Source of the DNA: a virus
Reading direction: 5' to 3' (one strand)
IMG/VR virus record: IMGVR_UViG_3300032298_001311
Location: 32,001 to 96,000 of that record
Length of the DNA: 64,000 nucleotides
Position numbers and translations under genes: made by a program. Positions 1 through 9,207 of this stretch are shown here, piece after piece. How positions within the stretch are numbered: the first letter of the stretch is position 1; each line of letters starts with the position of its first letter. The notes under the pieces are model-generated. The model did no database searches and had not been told where the DNA came from. It worked only from the letters and a program-made list of their open reading frames with translations.

Positions 1-344
1 CAAAGAAAAGCAGGAATTTGAATTACATCAACTACTTGTTTAACATGTTCAATCTGCCAAACTTCGTGAACATCTGTAAGAACAGGTAAATCATACTCAT
101 CTTTTATTTCTTTGAGTATTCTTAACCCTTCTTCTATTCCCACACCTCTTCCTGAATTCAAACTACTTCTATTTGCTTTATCAAAACTGCTTTTGTAAAT
201 TAGTTTAATCTCTAATTCTTTGCAAATTTCCTTGATAGCAGCCGCAGTATAATGAGCATGATCCCTACCTTCAATTTGGCAGGGACCAGCTATTAAGACA
301 AATGGTAATTTATTATCTATTAATGTTCCGTGAATATTAATCAA
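1..344 (-). CDS. kdsA: KDO-8-phosphate synthase, N-terminal part (runs off the left edge; not in ORF track)
   Basis: Hand translation gives LPFVLIAGPCQIE...IYKSSFDKANRSS...VLTDVHE...IQIPAFL, hallmark KdsA motifs. The TTG start at 344 is a guess. Confidence 0.88.
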   Translation of the reverse strand, partial: MINIHGTLIDNKLPFVLIAGPCQIEGRDHAHYTAAAIKEICKELEIKLIYKSSFDKANRSSLNSGRGVGIEEGLRILKEIKDEYDLPVLTDVHEVWQIEHVKQVVDVIQIPAFL

Positions 345-813
345 ATTCGTTATCCTCTCTATGTCCAACACGCATAGCCATGTTGGAATCAGTTTCTCTA
401 ACTTCTACTTTACAACACCAAATACGCTTTGCTTCTTCAACACCGTAGTTCGGCAAAAAGATGGTATTTACATATTCGTATAAAAAGTCTGCTAAACCTT
501 CACATCCAGTTTTAGAGACCTCTGTGATTTTCGCTAACCCTAGCGTACCGAGTCGCAATAGTTCATCACGTTGTGGGTCATCTTCAGCAACTAATAGCGT
601 ATGGTCAAACCAATCCTCAAGCAATGCTTTTAGTGGTTTCAGACCGCCAAAGTCCATGCACCAGTTGCGAGCGTCTAGCGTATCGCACTCAAATTCAAAA
701 TGAAAAGATAGTGCGTACCCATGTATTAAACGACAGTGGCTATCAGCCCTCCATTGACGATATGCTACTGGTCCTATTTGTCTATAAGTTTTTGTTGAAA
801 TATATTTTGTCAT
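337..813 (-). CDS. queD: 6-carboxy-tetrahydropterin synthase (QueD/PTPS family)
   Basis: HCRLIHGY, DFGGLK, FDH and VEVRET motifs. Start set at MTKYISTKTY (GGAG upstream); in-frame ATG at 843 is an alternative. Confidence 0.85.
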   Translation of the reverse strand: MTKYISTKTYRQIGPVAYRQWRADSHCRLIHGYALSFHFEFECDTLDARNWCMDFGGLKPLKALLEDWFDHTLLVAEDDPQRDELLRLGTLGLAKITEVSKTGCEGLADFLYEYVNTIFLPNYGVEEAKRIWCCKVEVRETDSNMAMRVGHREDNEFD

Positions 814-933
814 CTCTTGCTCCACCGATAAGTTTGATGACATGCAGAATATTTAAAGAGGGTTGAATGCCTAAGTCCTCTAATAATATTTACATAATAA
901 TGTATACATATTATAAAATCAAGTAAATATTTC

Positions 934-1161
934 ATGGGTAAAAAACAAAATATAGATTGGGATAATGAAGAATATCAAATAAGCTCTGAATATAAAGGAG
1001 TTAAAAAAAGTCTTCGTAGACAACGAATCGAAATTTGCGAATCTTGTGAAATGATGACTAAACTTAAAACCTGTAGTGAATGTGGCTGTTTTTTACCTGC
1101 AAAAGTATATTTTAAAATGTTTGATTGCCCTCTTGGAAAATGGCCATCTAAATACTCATAA
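934..1161 (+). CDS. Small Cys-rich zinc-ribbon hypothetical protein
   Basis: CESC...CSECGC...CP pattern; TAAATA at 924-929, 4 nt before ATG. Confidence 0.55.
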   Translation: MGKKQNIDWDNEEYQISSEYKGVKKSLRRQRIEICESCEMMTKLKTCSECGCFLPAKVYFKMFDCPLGKWPSKYS

Positions 1162-1204
1162 GCTAATACGATAAATATGATTAGTTCGATCGAGGATCAT
1201 AAGT

Positions 1205-3700
1205 ATGGCTAATTTAAACCCAGTTTGGTACAATATATTTCGTAAGATAGTTTTAAAGCCGGATAATATTACATTAGAAGCAGAAACTTATAATGATACC
1301 ATAAACATACTTCGTGGACCAGGAGTTGCTTGGCAAGGATATTCTGATGAGGATACATCGTTGGCAACAGGTAATGATACTTTTATGATCGATGTTGATT
1401 ATGATATTTCAATTCCGTTAGCTAGTACAGATTTAACTCTTGAAGATGTTAATGGAAATACTAGTGCAGTTACTTTTACAGCCGGCCGTGGTGTCGAAAT
1501 TCTTCGCAATAGTGCTCAAGAATTAGAATGGAGATCATACTCTGTTACAGAAACAGATACTCTTCAAACAGTTACAGAACGTAACAATATTACAAATAAT
1601 AAAATCTTTGTCAATAATATTGAAGTAGGAACAATTAGTTCTAGTTTTACCGAGGACGGTTTTCCAAGTTATGATGCCGGTCACAATTTAGTAGGAGATG
1701 GAACACTAGATAGTCCTCTAAAATTTAGTCCAGACTATCAAGATTCTCTAATGGCGAATAGTAGCGATCAGTTTGAGTTTACAGCATTAGGTCCGGGTAT
1801 GTTAGCATATTCTGCTAGTTATGTTTTTGATACTGGGGCAACTACAGGTTCAGTAACATTAGAAAGAGAAGATCCTAGTAGTCCTGGCACCTGGGTTGTA
1901 TTAGATATAATTAGTGGAGTATCTGTAGGACACTCTTACGATATACAAGGAATTTATAGTGAATCCTATAGTGGTAATGTTAATTATAGATTAACGTATG
2001 TATGGACAGGAAATCTAGGAGTTATTACTTGGCATGTTCAAAATACATTTGAAGGCGGAGCATATACTCCAATTACAAGTCCACAACTTAAAACTGATAC
2101 AGATGCAAAAACAGTTGATATAAATGATTTACAATTTTTTCAAAACAATATAAGAACTACAGTTTCTAATACAGATATTGTTCTCGATCCTGCAGGTGCA
2201 GGTAAAGTGCTTTCGTTATCTAATATTACTGCTCCAACTTTTACTGGAGATGTTACAGGTAATCTTACAGGTAACGCAGATACAGTAACTAACGGTGTAT
2301 ATACAACAGGTTCATATGCTGATCCAAGTTGGATAACAAGTTTAGATGCAGCTAAAATTGTAGGATCAATTCAATTAAGTGATATTACTATTGATGGTGA
2401 TTTAAGATTGTTTGATAATGTTATTACTACATCACAGTCAAATTCAGATATAGTATTAGATCCAAATGGAACAGGAAAAGTTAGAATATTATCCAATATA
2501 GTTTCGGCAGGATTTGAAGGAAATTTAATAGGTAATGCAGATACCGTAACTAACGGAGTTTATACAGTTGGATTATACACAGACCCGGCATGGATAATTT
2601 CTTTAGACGGAACTAAAGTTACAAATGCTGTTCTTACTACAGGTTCATATGCTGATCCAAGTTGGATAACAAGTTTAGATGCTGCAAAGATTGTAGGTGA
2701 TATTCAATTAAAAAGTTTTATAATAGACAACAGTATTCGCATTGATGGGACTCTTATTGAAACAATTGTATCTAATGCTAATCTTGAACTACGAGCAAAT
2801 GGTTCTGGAGTTGTTTATATTTCTGATAGTTTAACAGTTACAGATGCAATAACATTTAATACTACTACAAATAATCAAAGTTATACAACTACCGGTGCAG
2901 GCACAATTACTATTACATCAGGAACTACTGGTAATATTAATAACATGAATATTGGTGCTAGTACAGCAGGAACTGGAAGATTTACATCAGGAACAATTAC
3001 AAGTACAGTTTCTTCAACATCTAATACTACTGATATCCCAACAACTGCTTGGGTTAGAGATCAAGGTGGATTTAGATCACAAGTTGTATTCACAACAGGA
3101 ACTTCTACTTGGACTATTCCTACAGGTATTACAAAGATAAAAGTTACAGTTGTTGGTGCCGGCGGCGGAGGCGGCGGTGTTTCTGCTGTTGCGAGTGCTG
3201 CTGGTGCAGGTGGCGGCGGGGGCGGCATGTCTGTTTCTTACTACACAGGACTAACACCAGGTAATACTTTAAGCTATTCAGTTGGTACAGGCGGAACAGC
3301 AGGAACTACTGCTGGTGGTGCTGGTGGTGCTGGTGGTAATACTACGGTATCTGCAAACACAGAAATTATAACAACATTACAAGCAAATGGTGGATCAGGT
3401 GGTAACGGAGCTACAACTAATACTATTACAGTTGGCGGCGCCGGAGCATCGGCAGGATCGGGACCTGCAAATGCTATCCTTATGGCAGGATATCTCGGTG
3501 GAACAGCAGATGGGGGTCGTCAAAAAGCTGGAAATGGTGCAAATGGACCACTAGGAGGAGGCGGCGGCCAAGGCAAGGTTTCTACTACAGGTGCAGGATC
3601 AGCCGCAACTAATTACGGCGCAGGAGGTGGAGGCGCATTAGGTGCTACTGCTAACACCGGTGGAGCAGGATCTGGTGGTATTATAATAATTGAATACTAA
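1205..3700 (+). CDS. Tail fibre / virion structural protein with internal repeats and Gly-rich C-terminal domain
   Basis: Thr/Gly/Ser-rich; duplicated TGSYADPSWITSLDAAKIVG; three DIVLDPxGxGKV-type modules; C-terminal GGGGG...GSGGIIIIEY typical of phage tail proteins. Confidence 0.65.
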   Translation: MANLNPVWYNIFRKIVLKPDNITLEAETYNDTINILRGPGVAWQGYSDEDTSLATGNDTFMIDVDYDISIPLASTDLTLEDVNGNTSAVTFTAGRGVEILRNSAQELEWRSYSVTETDTLQTVTERNNITNNKIFVNNIEVGTISSSFTEDGFPSYDAGHNLVGDGTLDSPLKFSPDYQDSLMANSSDQFEFTALGPGMLAYSASYVFDTGATTGSVTLEREDPSSPGTWVVLDIISGVSVGHSYDIQGIYSESYSGNVNYRLTYVWTGNLGVITWHVQNTFEGGAYTPITSPQLKTDTDAKTVDINDLQFFQNNIRTTVSNTDIVLDPAGAGKVLSLSNITAPTFTGDVTGNLTGNADTVTNGVYTTGSYADPSWITSLDAAKIVGSIQLSDITIDGDLRLFDNVITTSQSNSDIVLDPNGTGKVRILSNIVSAGFEGNLIGNADTVTNGVYTVGLYTDPAWIISLDGTKVTNAVLTTGSYADPSWITSLDAAKIVGDIQLKSFIIDNSIRIDGTLIETIVSNANLELRANGSGVVYISDSLTVTDAITFNTTTNNQSYTTTGAGTITITSGTTGNINNMNIGASTAGTGRFTSGTITSTVSSTSNTTDIPTTAWVRDQGGFRSQVVFTTGTSTWTIPTGITKIKVTVVGAGGGGGGVSAVASAAGAGGGGGGMSVSYYTGLTPGNTLSYSVGTGGTAGTTAGGAGGAGGNTTVSANTEIITTLQANGGSGGNGATTNTITVGGAGASAGSGPANAILMAGYLGGTADGGRQKAGNGANGPLGGGGGQGKVSTTGAGSAATNYGAGGGGALGATANTGGAGSGGIIIIEY

Positions 3701-4250
3701 AATTATTATAATTCCAATTATCCGGTTTCTTCCATTCTTCCGGTTGATGTTGTATCCATTGTATATTTGAATAGTACTCAAAACATTTAGCAAGTTGATG
3801 TATCCAAAATCTAGGATCTATTGCACCACGATCGCTAGAATCATAATTTTTTGTATCTTTATAAACATTGTTTATTTTGTTGTCTACGCCCCAAAGATCA
3901 AATCCATATAAATGAACTTCATCTGGGGACATAGTTCCTGCTATATTACAAGCATGAGGACCAGTCCCCCAATGCCAAGGATCGTCTGCTTTGAGTTCTC
4001 CTTTATATGGAAGGTCGGGAAGAATTTTAATGTTAGGATATGGTAATATCCAATCGTGTCTAGTATAAATTAATTTTTTGAAATTATTATCTATAAGTTC
4101 TAAAATTACTCTTCGATCAACAGCAACGACACAATCTACTTTAAAGTCTCTGTAAGAAGCATTACACCCAATTTTATAGTCAGGCATAGAATTAAAATCT
4201 ATACCTAATCTACTCTCACCATTACCTATTAAGATTATCTTTTTTGTCAT
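3681..4250 (-). CDS. Hypothetical protein (ILIGNGESR Rossmann-like start, glycosyltransferase/MptE-like)
   Basis: GNG-S-R start, GCNA and LYGFD motifs, as in T4-like phage sugar-modification islands. Confidence 0.45.
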   Translation of the reverse strand: MTKKIILIGNGESRLGIDFNSMPDYKIGCNASYRDFKVDCVVAVDRRVILELIDNNFKKLIYTRHDWILPYPNIKILPDLPYKGELKADDPWHWGTGPHACNIAGTMSPDEVHLYGFDLWGVDNKINNVYKDTKNYDSSDRGAIDPRFWIHQLAKCFEYYSNIQWIQHQPEEWKKPDNWNYNNFSIQLL

Positions 4251-4539
4251 TAATAGTTTTCTTAATTTCTTTAATTTCTTCTATTATATCTTTTAGACTT
4301 TTACCAGAATTATCTATAATTATTGCAATAGTAGCAATGGTATATATTACCCAAAACCACCATGTTACTGCAACACTTACAAAGAATACTGCTCCTACTC
4401 CATACAGAAAATTCCAATCTCTAAATCCTAAAAAATAAGATATTACAGATGCAGTTGCTATAATAAATGGTACGGTTCTAGCAAACCAATCCCACAGTTT
4501 GACTTGCCATAAAATATATTTCTTTTCTATATTACTCAA
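4222..4539 (-). CDS. Small two-TM membrane protein
   Basis: Two hydrophobic spans and a charged coiled C-terminus; overlaps neighbours as in an operon. Confidence 0.55.
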   Translation of the reverse strand: MSNIEKKYILWQVKLWDWFARTVPFIIATASVISYFLGFRDWNFLYGVGAVFFVSVAVTWWFWVIYTIATIAIIIDNSGKSLKDIIEEIKEIKKTINDKKDNLNR

Positions 4540-6067
4540 CTCCGATTTGACCGAAGCCCCTCCAAATTCCGGGGTTACCGTCTCGAATACATACCCATCC
4601 TATATATCCTGTTTCTTTCGGATCTTCGTTCCATACTATATCGCCTTTACGATATGTTCCTTGTGAAGGAGAGTTAGATCCTACCATAAAAAGTTTATCT
4701 GCAAATCTAATATTTCCTGCTATCTCAAGTTGGGCATTATCGCCTATTGACTGTACACCAATTGACATTTTACCATTAACAATAGCATGGGTTGAAGGAT
4801 TATTTTTATCTCCCAATATAACATGATTATTGTTAATAGAAATACTTTGATTGCTCGCTTGTAATGTTATTTTATCTCCAATAATTGATACCCCGTTAGA
4901 TGTATCAATTAATGCATTTCCAATTGTAAGTCTATTATCGGAAATTTTAATAACTTCGTTGAGATTAATATCTCCTACAACACGTAAAGATTTAAGAATT
5001 CCTAATTCAGTAAGATAACTTTTAGTTACAGTTTGTCCTAGTTCTTTACTAGATAGAACTGATGTTTTGTTTATATAATAGGATTTACCTTCTTCTAGAT
5101 TTATATGTTCACTACTATAGAATTGTTCTGGTTTATTTAAAAGAAGGAATTGTTTAGTTCTTCCTTCTCCAGTAAATATCATACCTTTACCGTAGTTACT
5201 TGTTCCTATAGCCTGAAATTCTAATGGGCTCTGTCTTTCTTCTCTACTGTCTACAATCAGTTCTTTAACAAAGAGCTTACCATTAATAGTAACATCGGCA
5301 TTAGCAGCCTTTGGTTCGCCAAATATAATTTTTCCACCTCTAGTAATTTTCATTCTAGTTGTGTTATCAGTTATAAGACCTAAATCATGGCTAGTAAATG
5401 TTCCTATATTTCCTTGTCCATCGTTAAGACTTCCGAGAACAAGTTCAATTCCATTGTCTACTAAACTGAAAGCAGCATTAGCATGATCGGTACCAATACC
5501 TAATCTAGTTGATTTAGCATCAAAGAATATATGTTCTCCGAGAACAACATCTCCGTCAACTACTAAATCTTTTAATCTTCCAACCTTACGAAGATTACTG
5601 TTAAGAATACTTGGACCTAGTGTATCAACTGAAAACATAGGAGTGCCATCTATAGTGATTTGAGCACCTCTATAAAGATCTAAATTTAAATTTGTAAAGA
5701 TTCTGTTGGGATCTTTTTTAAATATAAAGAAGTCTACGTTTTTCTTATCGTGCTTCCATATCATTCCCTTGCCTTCAACTCCGCCATTATTTGCAGAGAA
5801 TACTACAGGCTCTTTATGTTCTATCTGTGTTTTAGAAATAATTGTATCGGCATAAAGAACAGATGTTTTTATTTGACCTTTTACATCTAGATCTGTTCCA
5901 ACTAAAATACCGTGATGGAATATACCATCTTCAAAAACATCAAGTTTACCAGTTGCTGTTATGCTACCAGTTAAATTAATATTACCTTCAATAGCATTAG
6001 TGCGAATAGAGTCTATTGTGAGTTTATTATCTACAACTGAGTACGTTAATTTCTCTGACACGGGCAT
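4532..6067 (-). CDS. Beta-rich virion structural (tail/baseplate) protein
   Basis: Internally duplicated GKGMI...F...K modules; C-terminal GDIVWN...GWVC..G.PG.W..FG tail-fibre motif. Confidence 0.55.
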   Translation of the reverse strand: MPVSEKLTYSVVDNKLTIDSIRTNAIEGNINLTGSITATGKLDVFEDGIFHHGILVGTDLDVKGQIKTSVLYADTIISKTQIEHKEPVVFSANNGGVEGKGMIWKHDKKNVDFFIFKKDPNRIFTNLNLDLYRGAQITIDGTPMFSVDTLGPSILNSNLRKVGRLKDLVVDGDVVLGEHIFFDAKSTRLGIGTDHANAAFSLVDNGIELVLGSLNDGQGNIGTFTSHDLGLITDNTTRMKITRGGKIIFGEPKAANADVTINGKLFVKELIVDSREERQSPLEFQAIGTSNYGKGMIFTGEGRTKQFLLLNKPEQFYSSEHINLEEGKSYYINKTSVLSSKELGQTVTKSYLTELGILKSLRVVGDINLNEVIKISDNRLTIGNALIDTSNGVSIIGDKITLQASNQSISINNNHVILGDKNNPSTHAIVNGKMSIGVQSIGDNAQLEIAGNIRFADKLFMVGSNSPSQGTYRKGDIVWNEDPKETGYIGWVCIRDGNPGIWRGFGQIGVE

Positions 6068-6100
6068 GATTCCTATCGTTATAGATATTTATCATGCCCG
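6061..6100 (-). promoter_or_regulatory. Perfect 10-bp hairpin enclosing a TAAATA late-promoter motif and sequestering the start codon
   Basis: cgggcatgat (6061-6070) / atcatgcccg (6091-6100); tattta at 6086-6091; ATG at 6067. Confidence 0.6.
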
Positions 6101-6109
6101 CAGGGCTAG

Positions 6110-7348
6110 TTAGGTGTATGCTTTTAGCAAGATTACATCAGCATTTATACGCCCATTCATCTTGGTTTCTATACTATTCACATCATTAAACAGATTACGC
6201 ATCTTAGTCTTGGGCAGTTTATTAGCATCTTTCAACTGCTCCTCGGGCTTGCGTAGTGTTTTAGCGACACTCTTATTCTCGTTAAAATTAATAATCGTAG
6301 TGCCTTTAACACTCAGTGCCGCAGTATCGCTTGCTACATAAACGCCCAACTTACGAGTTTTTGTATTAAACACCCAAAGCTCAAGTGCAGCAGCAGCTTC
6401 TTCAGGCTTAATACTAACGAGCTTATAACGGTCATCATGCGTCTTAAATTTGAGCTTGCTAACAAGTTTCTCCTTGCTGGGAGACTTTTTAGCTCTAGGC
6501 TTGCGATTAACTTTAGCCTGCTGAAGGAACATATTAGTAGCAGACATGATAGATTCAAGTGCCTCTAACATGCTCTTTAACTGGGCTTTGGTATAAGCAC
6601 GATATCCTTCTACCAATTGAGCATATTCCTCGTCTTTAATTTTAGGAGGATTAACAAGCATAGTAAATTCGTTATAGATAGGCTCATAAAAGTCTCGAAC
6701 AATGCGAGCATGAGCTTGATTAATTTCACGACCCTTGAAGTAGTTGATTACATTCAATCCTTTTGAATCAAATTCAGCAGGGTTAACCAACCAAGTCTCA
6801 AGCCAATCCACAATACCTTCCATGTGAGTAAGACTAGCCTCACGAATACGGTCTTGAATTGATAAAACTGGTCCAGTTACTTTCTCCTCAACTTTCTGAT
6901 TCTTAAGAATCTCTTTGCCTTCAACAATGACAGGATCAATTTTATTCTTTAGCCAAGTTGCTGTATTGTTATCAGGATCTTCGGGATGACTTGCAGGCAT
7001 ACCGCGGAGTAGCATACTAGCAGTAGATCCCATTGTGACAGAGCAGCGATGATCTGGAGCAGCCTTAAATGCTTTAATGTCGTCTTTAGAATATTCATTC
7101 TCACCCATCCACTTTGTAATTTGTGGAATCATTTCTTTAGCGGTGCTAAAGTAGTTGTACCAAAAGTAACCCCAGTGCCGAGTCTTGCGGAATTTTTCAA
7201 AGGACCAAGATTCCCAAGTATCCCATTCCGGTTCTGGACCTGTATACTTCTCGTCCATGAAGAGAGGATTACGAGTGGACTTTTTCTTTTTGACTCGCGG
7301 AGCCAAATTGATCTTACCACCTGCATTTTTCTTTGCTGCTCTAGCCAT
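6110..7348 (-). CDS. Conserved large-phage hypothetical protein
   Basis: 412-aa Lys-rich ORF with GGAGAG RBS and a sigma70-like promoter upstream. Confidence 0.6.
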   Translation of the reverse strand: MARAAKKNAGGKINLAPRVKKKKSTRNPLFMDEKYTGPEPEWDTWESWSFEKFRKTRHWGYFWYNYFSTAKEMIPQITKWMGENEYSKDDIKAFKAAPDHRCSVTMGSTASMLLRGMPASHPEDPDNNTATWLKNKIDPVIVEGKEILKNQKVEEKVTGPVLSIQDRIREASLTHMEGIVDWLETWLVNPAEFDSKGLNVINYFKGREINQAHARIVRDFYEPIYNEFTMLVNPPKIKDEEYAQLVEGYRAYTKAQLKSMLEALESIMSATNMFLQQAKVNRKPRAKKSPSKEKLVSKLKFKTHDDRYKLVSIKPEEAAAALELWVFNTKTRKLGVYVASDTAALSVKGTTIINFNENKSVAKTLRKPEEQLKDANKLPKTKMRNLFNDVNSIETKMNGRINADVILLKAYT

Positions 7349-7371
7349 GAGTCTCTCCTGTTACTTTATAT

Positions 7372-7399
7372 ATTATACACGACTTTAGGAAAGTGTCAA
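7372..7399 (-). promoter_or_regulatory. Sigma70-type promoter TTGACA-16-TATAAT
   Basis: Both consensus hexamers read directly. Confidence 0.7.
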
Positions 7400-7419
7400 G
7401 TCTGTTTTGGGAGGAAAAA

Positions 7420-7494
7420 TGGTGGGCGATAATGGAATCGAACCACTGACATCTGCCGTGTAAAAGCAGCGTTCTACCTCTGAACTAATCGCCC
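7420..7494 (-). tRNA. tRNA-Val(TAC)
   Basis: Cloverleaf; loop TT-TAC-AC; GTTCGA T-loop; encoded CCA. Confidence 0.92.
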
Positions 7495-7517
7495 GGTATT
7501 ACTATAAACATATTTAA

Positions 7518-7543
7518 ATGAGTAGCCCCGTAGGGCTACTCAT
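7518..7543 (-). terminator. Hairpin/terminator after the porin gene
   Basis: 11-bp perfect stem atgagtagccc/gggctactcat with 4-nt loop. Confidence 0.7.
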
Positions 7544-7550
7544 ATTTGAC

Positions 7551-8339
7551 TTAGAAGCGAGCGAGTGCAGGAACAACATCACTTGTATTAAAGTGATAGT
7601 TCACACCAGCGCGAACAGTGTTGAACTTTGTACTGTTATTAACATTGTTCAACGAAGCAGGGCTATTAAATAAAGCCTTCTGGTTACCACCGCTGATATC
7701 TGTATAAAGGTATTCTGCCTTAACAGACCAAGCCGGAGCAAAAGCCCACTCGGCACCACCACCAACAGTCCAACCTGTCTGTGTAGCACTCTGGCCGCCG
7801 TATGTACCATTACTGGAAACATTACCGTAAGCAAAACCACCTGTACCATAAACAAGTAAAGTAGGCATTAGCGGAACAACACCGATTCTACCACGAACGG
7901 TACCGAACCAGTTAACATTTGTACCACCAGTGTAACCAGCAACCCAACCTGGGTAAAGTGCATTAACGGCTGCTACATTGTAAGCACCGTTTGAACCACC
8001 GGAAATTGACGAACCCTGGAAGTCAGCTTCAGCACCAACAACAGCTAATGAACCGACTTGCCAGTTGTAACCAACCTGAGCACCACCAATGATGCCAGCG
8101 TTACCGTTGCCATTGCGCTGAGTAATAACATTCTGCCAAGTAACTGGATTATAACCATAAACCTGACCATTGCCGTTGGACTTCCATCCACCGCCAACAT
8201 TAGCACCGACATAAGCACCAGTCCATGTAAAAGCTGGCGGCGGCGGAGCAACTGGAGCCTTGCGTGACGGAAGGTCGGCAGCAACAGCCGAACCAGCAAG
8301 TGCAGTAGTAGCAAACAATGTTGCGATAATCTTCTTCAT
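7551..8339 (-). CDS. Omp25/Omp31/RopB-family outer-membrane beta-barrel protein
   Basis: Signal peptide, ADLPSRKAP, TWTGAYVGANVGG, WFGTVRGRIG, GWTVGGGAEW, SVKAEYLY, VRAGVNYHF. Start at MKKII (GAGGAG RBS). Confidence 0.88.
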   Translation of the reverse strand: MKKIIATLFATTALAGSAVAADLPSRKAPVAPPPPAFTWTGAYVGANVGGGWKSNGNGQVYGYNPVTWQNVITQRNGNGNAGIIGGAQVGYNWQVGSLAVVGAEADFQGSSISGGSNGAYNVAAVNALYPGWVAGYTGGTNVNWFGTVRGRIGVVPLMPTLLVYGTGGFAYGNVSSNGTYGGQSATQTGWTVGGGAEWAFAPAWSVKAEYLYTDISGGNQKALFNSPASLNNVNNSTKFNTVRAGVNYHFNTSDVVPALARF

Positions 8340-8471
8340 ATAACTTCTCCTCTGTGTTACATTGTCTACTTTAGTGTCTATAAAGGTTATGGTCAAATAT
8401 ATTTTTTAAGATTGTTTAACGATTTTTTAAGGTGTTGCTAATTTAACACATTTTTAATTTGGGAGAACATT

Positions 8472-8546
8472 TGGAGCGGGCGATCGGGGTCGAACCGACG
8501 ACATTCTCGTTGGCAACGAGATGCTCTACCACTGAGCTACGCCCGC
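8472..8546 (-). tRNA. tRNA-Gly(GCC)
   Basis: Cloverleaf, TCTCG-TTGCCAA-CGAGA, CCA end. Confidence 0.95.
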
Positions 8547-8559
8547 ATTATTTTATTTA

Positions 8560-8633
8560 TGGCTGGGGTGCAAGGATTCGAACCTCGATAGACGGAATCA
8601 AAATCCGCAGTCCTACCATTAGACGACACCCCA
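8560..8633 (-). tRNA. tRNA-Gln(TTG)
   Basis: Cloverleaf, GCGGA-TTTTGAT-TCCGT, CCA end. Confidence 0.93.
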
Positions 8634-8636
8634 AAT

Positions 8637-8712
8637 TGGTGATCCCCCTGGGGTTCGAACCCAGGACAACTCGATTAAAAGTCGAGTGCTCTACCTAATG
8701 AGCTAGGGGATC
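8637..8712 (-). tRNA. tRNA-Lys(TTT)
   Basis: Cloverleaf, CTCGA-CTTTTAA-TCGAG, CCA end. Confidence 0.95.
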
Positions 8713-8745
8713 ATAGCCCCTAGCTATTAACCAAGGGCAAAAACT

Positions 8746-8937
8746 TTAATCGTCAACTTTCATAGTAGCTGCTTCTTTAACAAGAGCAAGAAGCTGATCA
8801 ACATCTTGAACAAGAATTTTAGCAGTTTTATAATCTTCGTTATTGTCGCGTCCACTAACTTCAATCATAAATCCATTGTCATAACGATAAACGGTAAACT
8901 GTTCACTAACCTTTTCGATTTTATCACTAACCTTCAT
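8746..8937 (-). CDS. Hypothetical protein
   Basis: 63-aa ORF between tRNAs, GAGG RBS. Confidence 0.55.
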   Translation of the reverse strand: MKVSDKIEKVSEQFTVYRYDNGFMIEVSGRDNNEDYKTAKILVQDVDQLLALVKEAATMKVDD

Positions 8938-8954
8938 GTTCGCCTCTATGTTTG

Positions 8955-9037
8955 TGGTGCGCCTGGAGAGACTCGAACTCCCACGATCACTCGCTGGTAC
9001 CTAAAACCAGTGCGTCTACCAATTCCGCCACAAGCGC
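8955..9037 (-). tRNA. tRNA-Leu(TAG)
   Basis: Class II cloverleaf, CTGGT-TTTAGGT-ACCAG, long variable arm, CCA. Confidence 0.93.
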
Positions 9038-9207
9038 ATTGTCTTTAATTTAGCAGTCTTATTGATCCTTGTCAACTTTATTAAAATATTTTTCTTGGAT
9101 TTCTCTTATCACTATGTTCCAATTTGGAATAACAATACCTAAAAGTAACCAAGAAGTTAGAGCCGCTACAAAATCCAAAAGCCAAAACCCTAGCTCTTTA
9201 AGTTTCA

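Noticed and set aside
3150-3680. GGC/GGT-rich repeats (also 46730-46760, 49435-49460)
   Set aside because: Poly-Gly codons in structural proteins, not a DNA repeat element
8459-8698. + strand ORFs over tRNA genes (also 8806-9048, 12358-12654, 16363-16605, 16563-16760, 23646-23870)
   Set aside because: They are antisense translations of tRNA clusters
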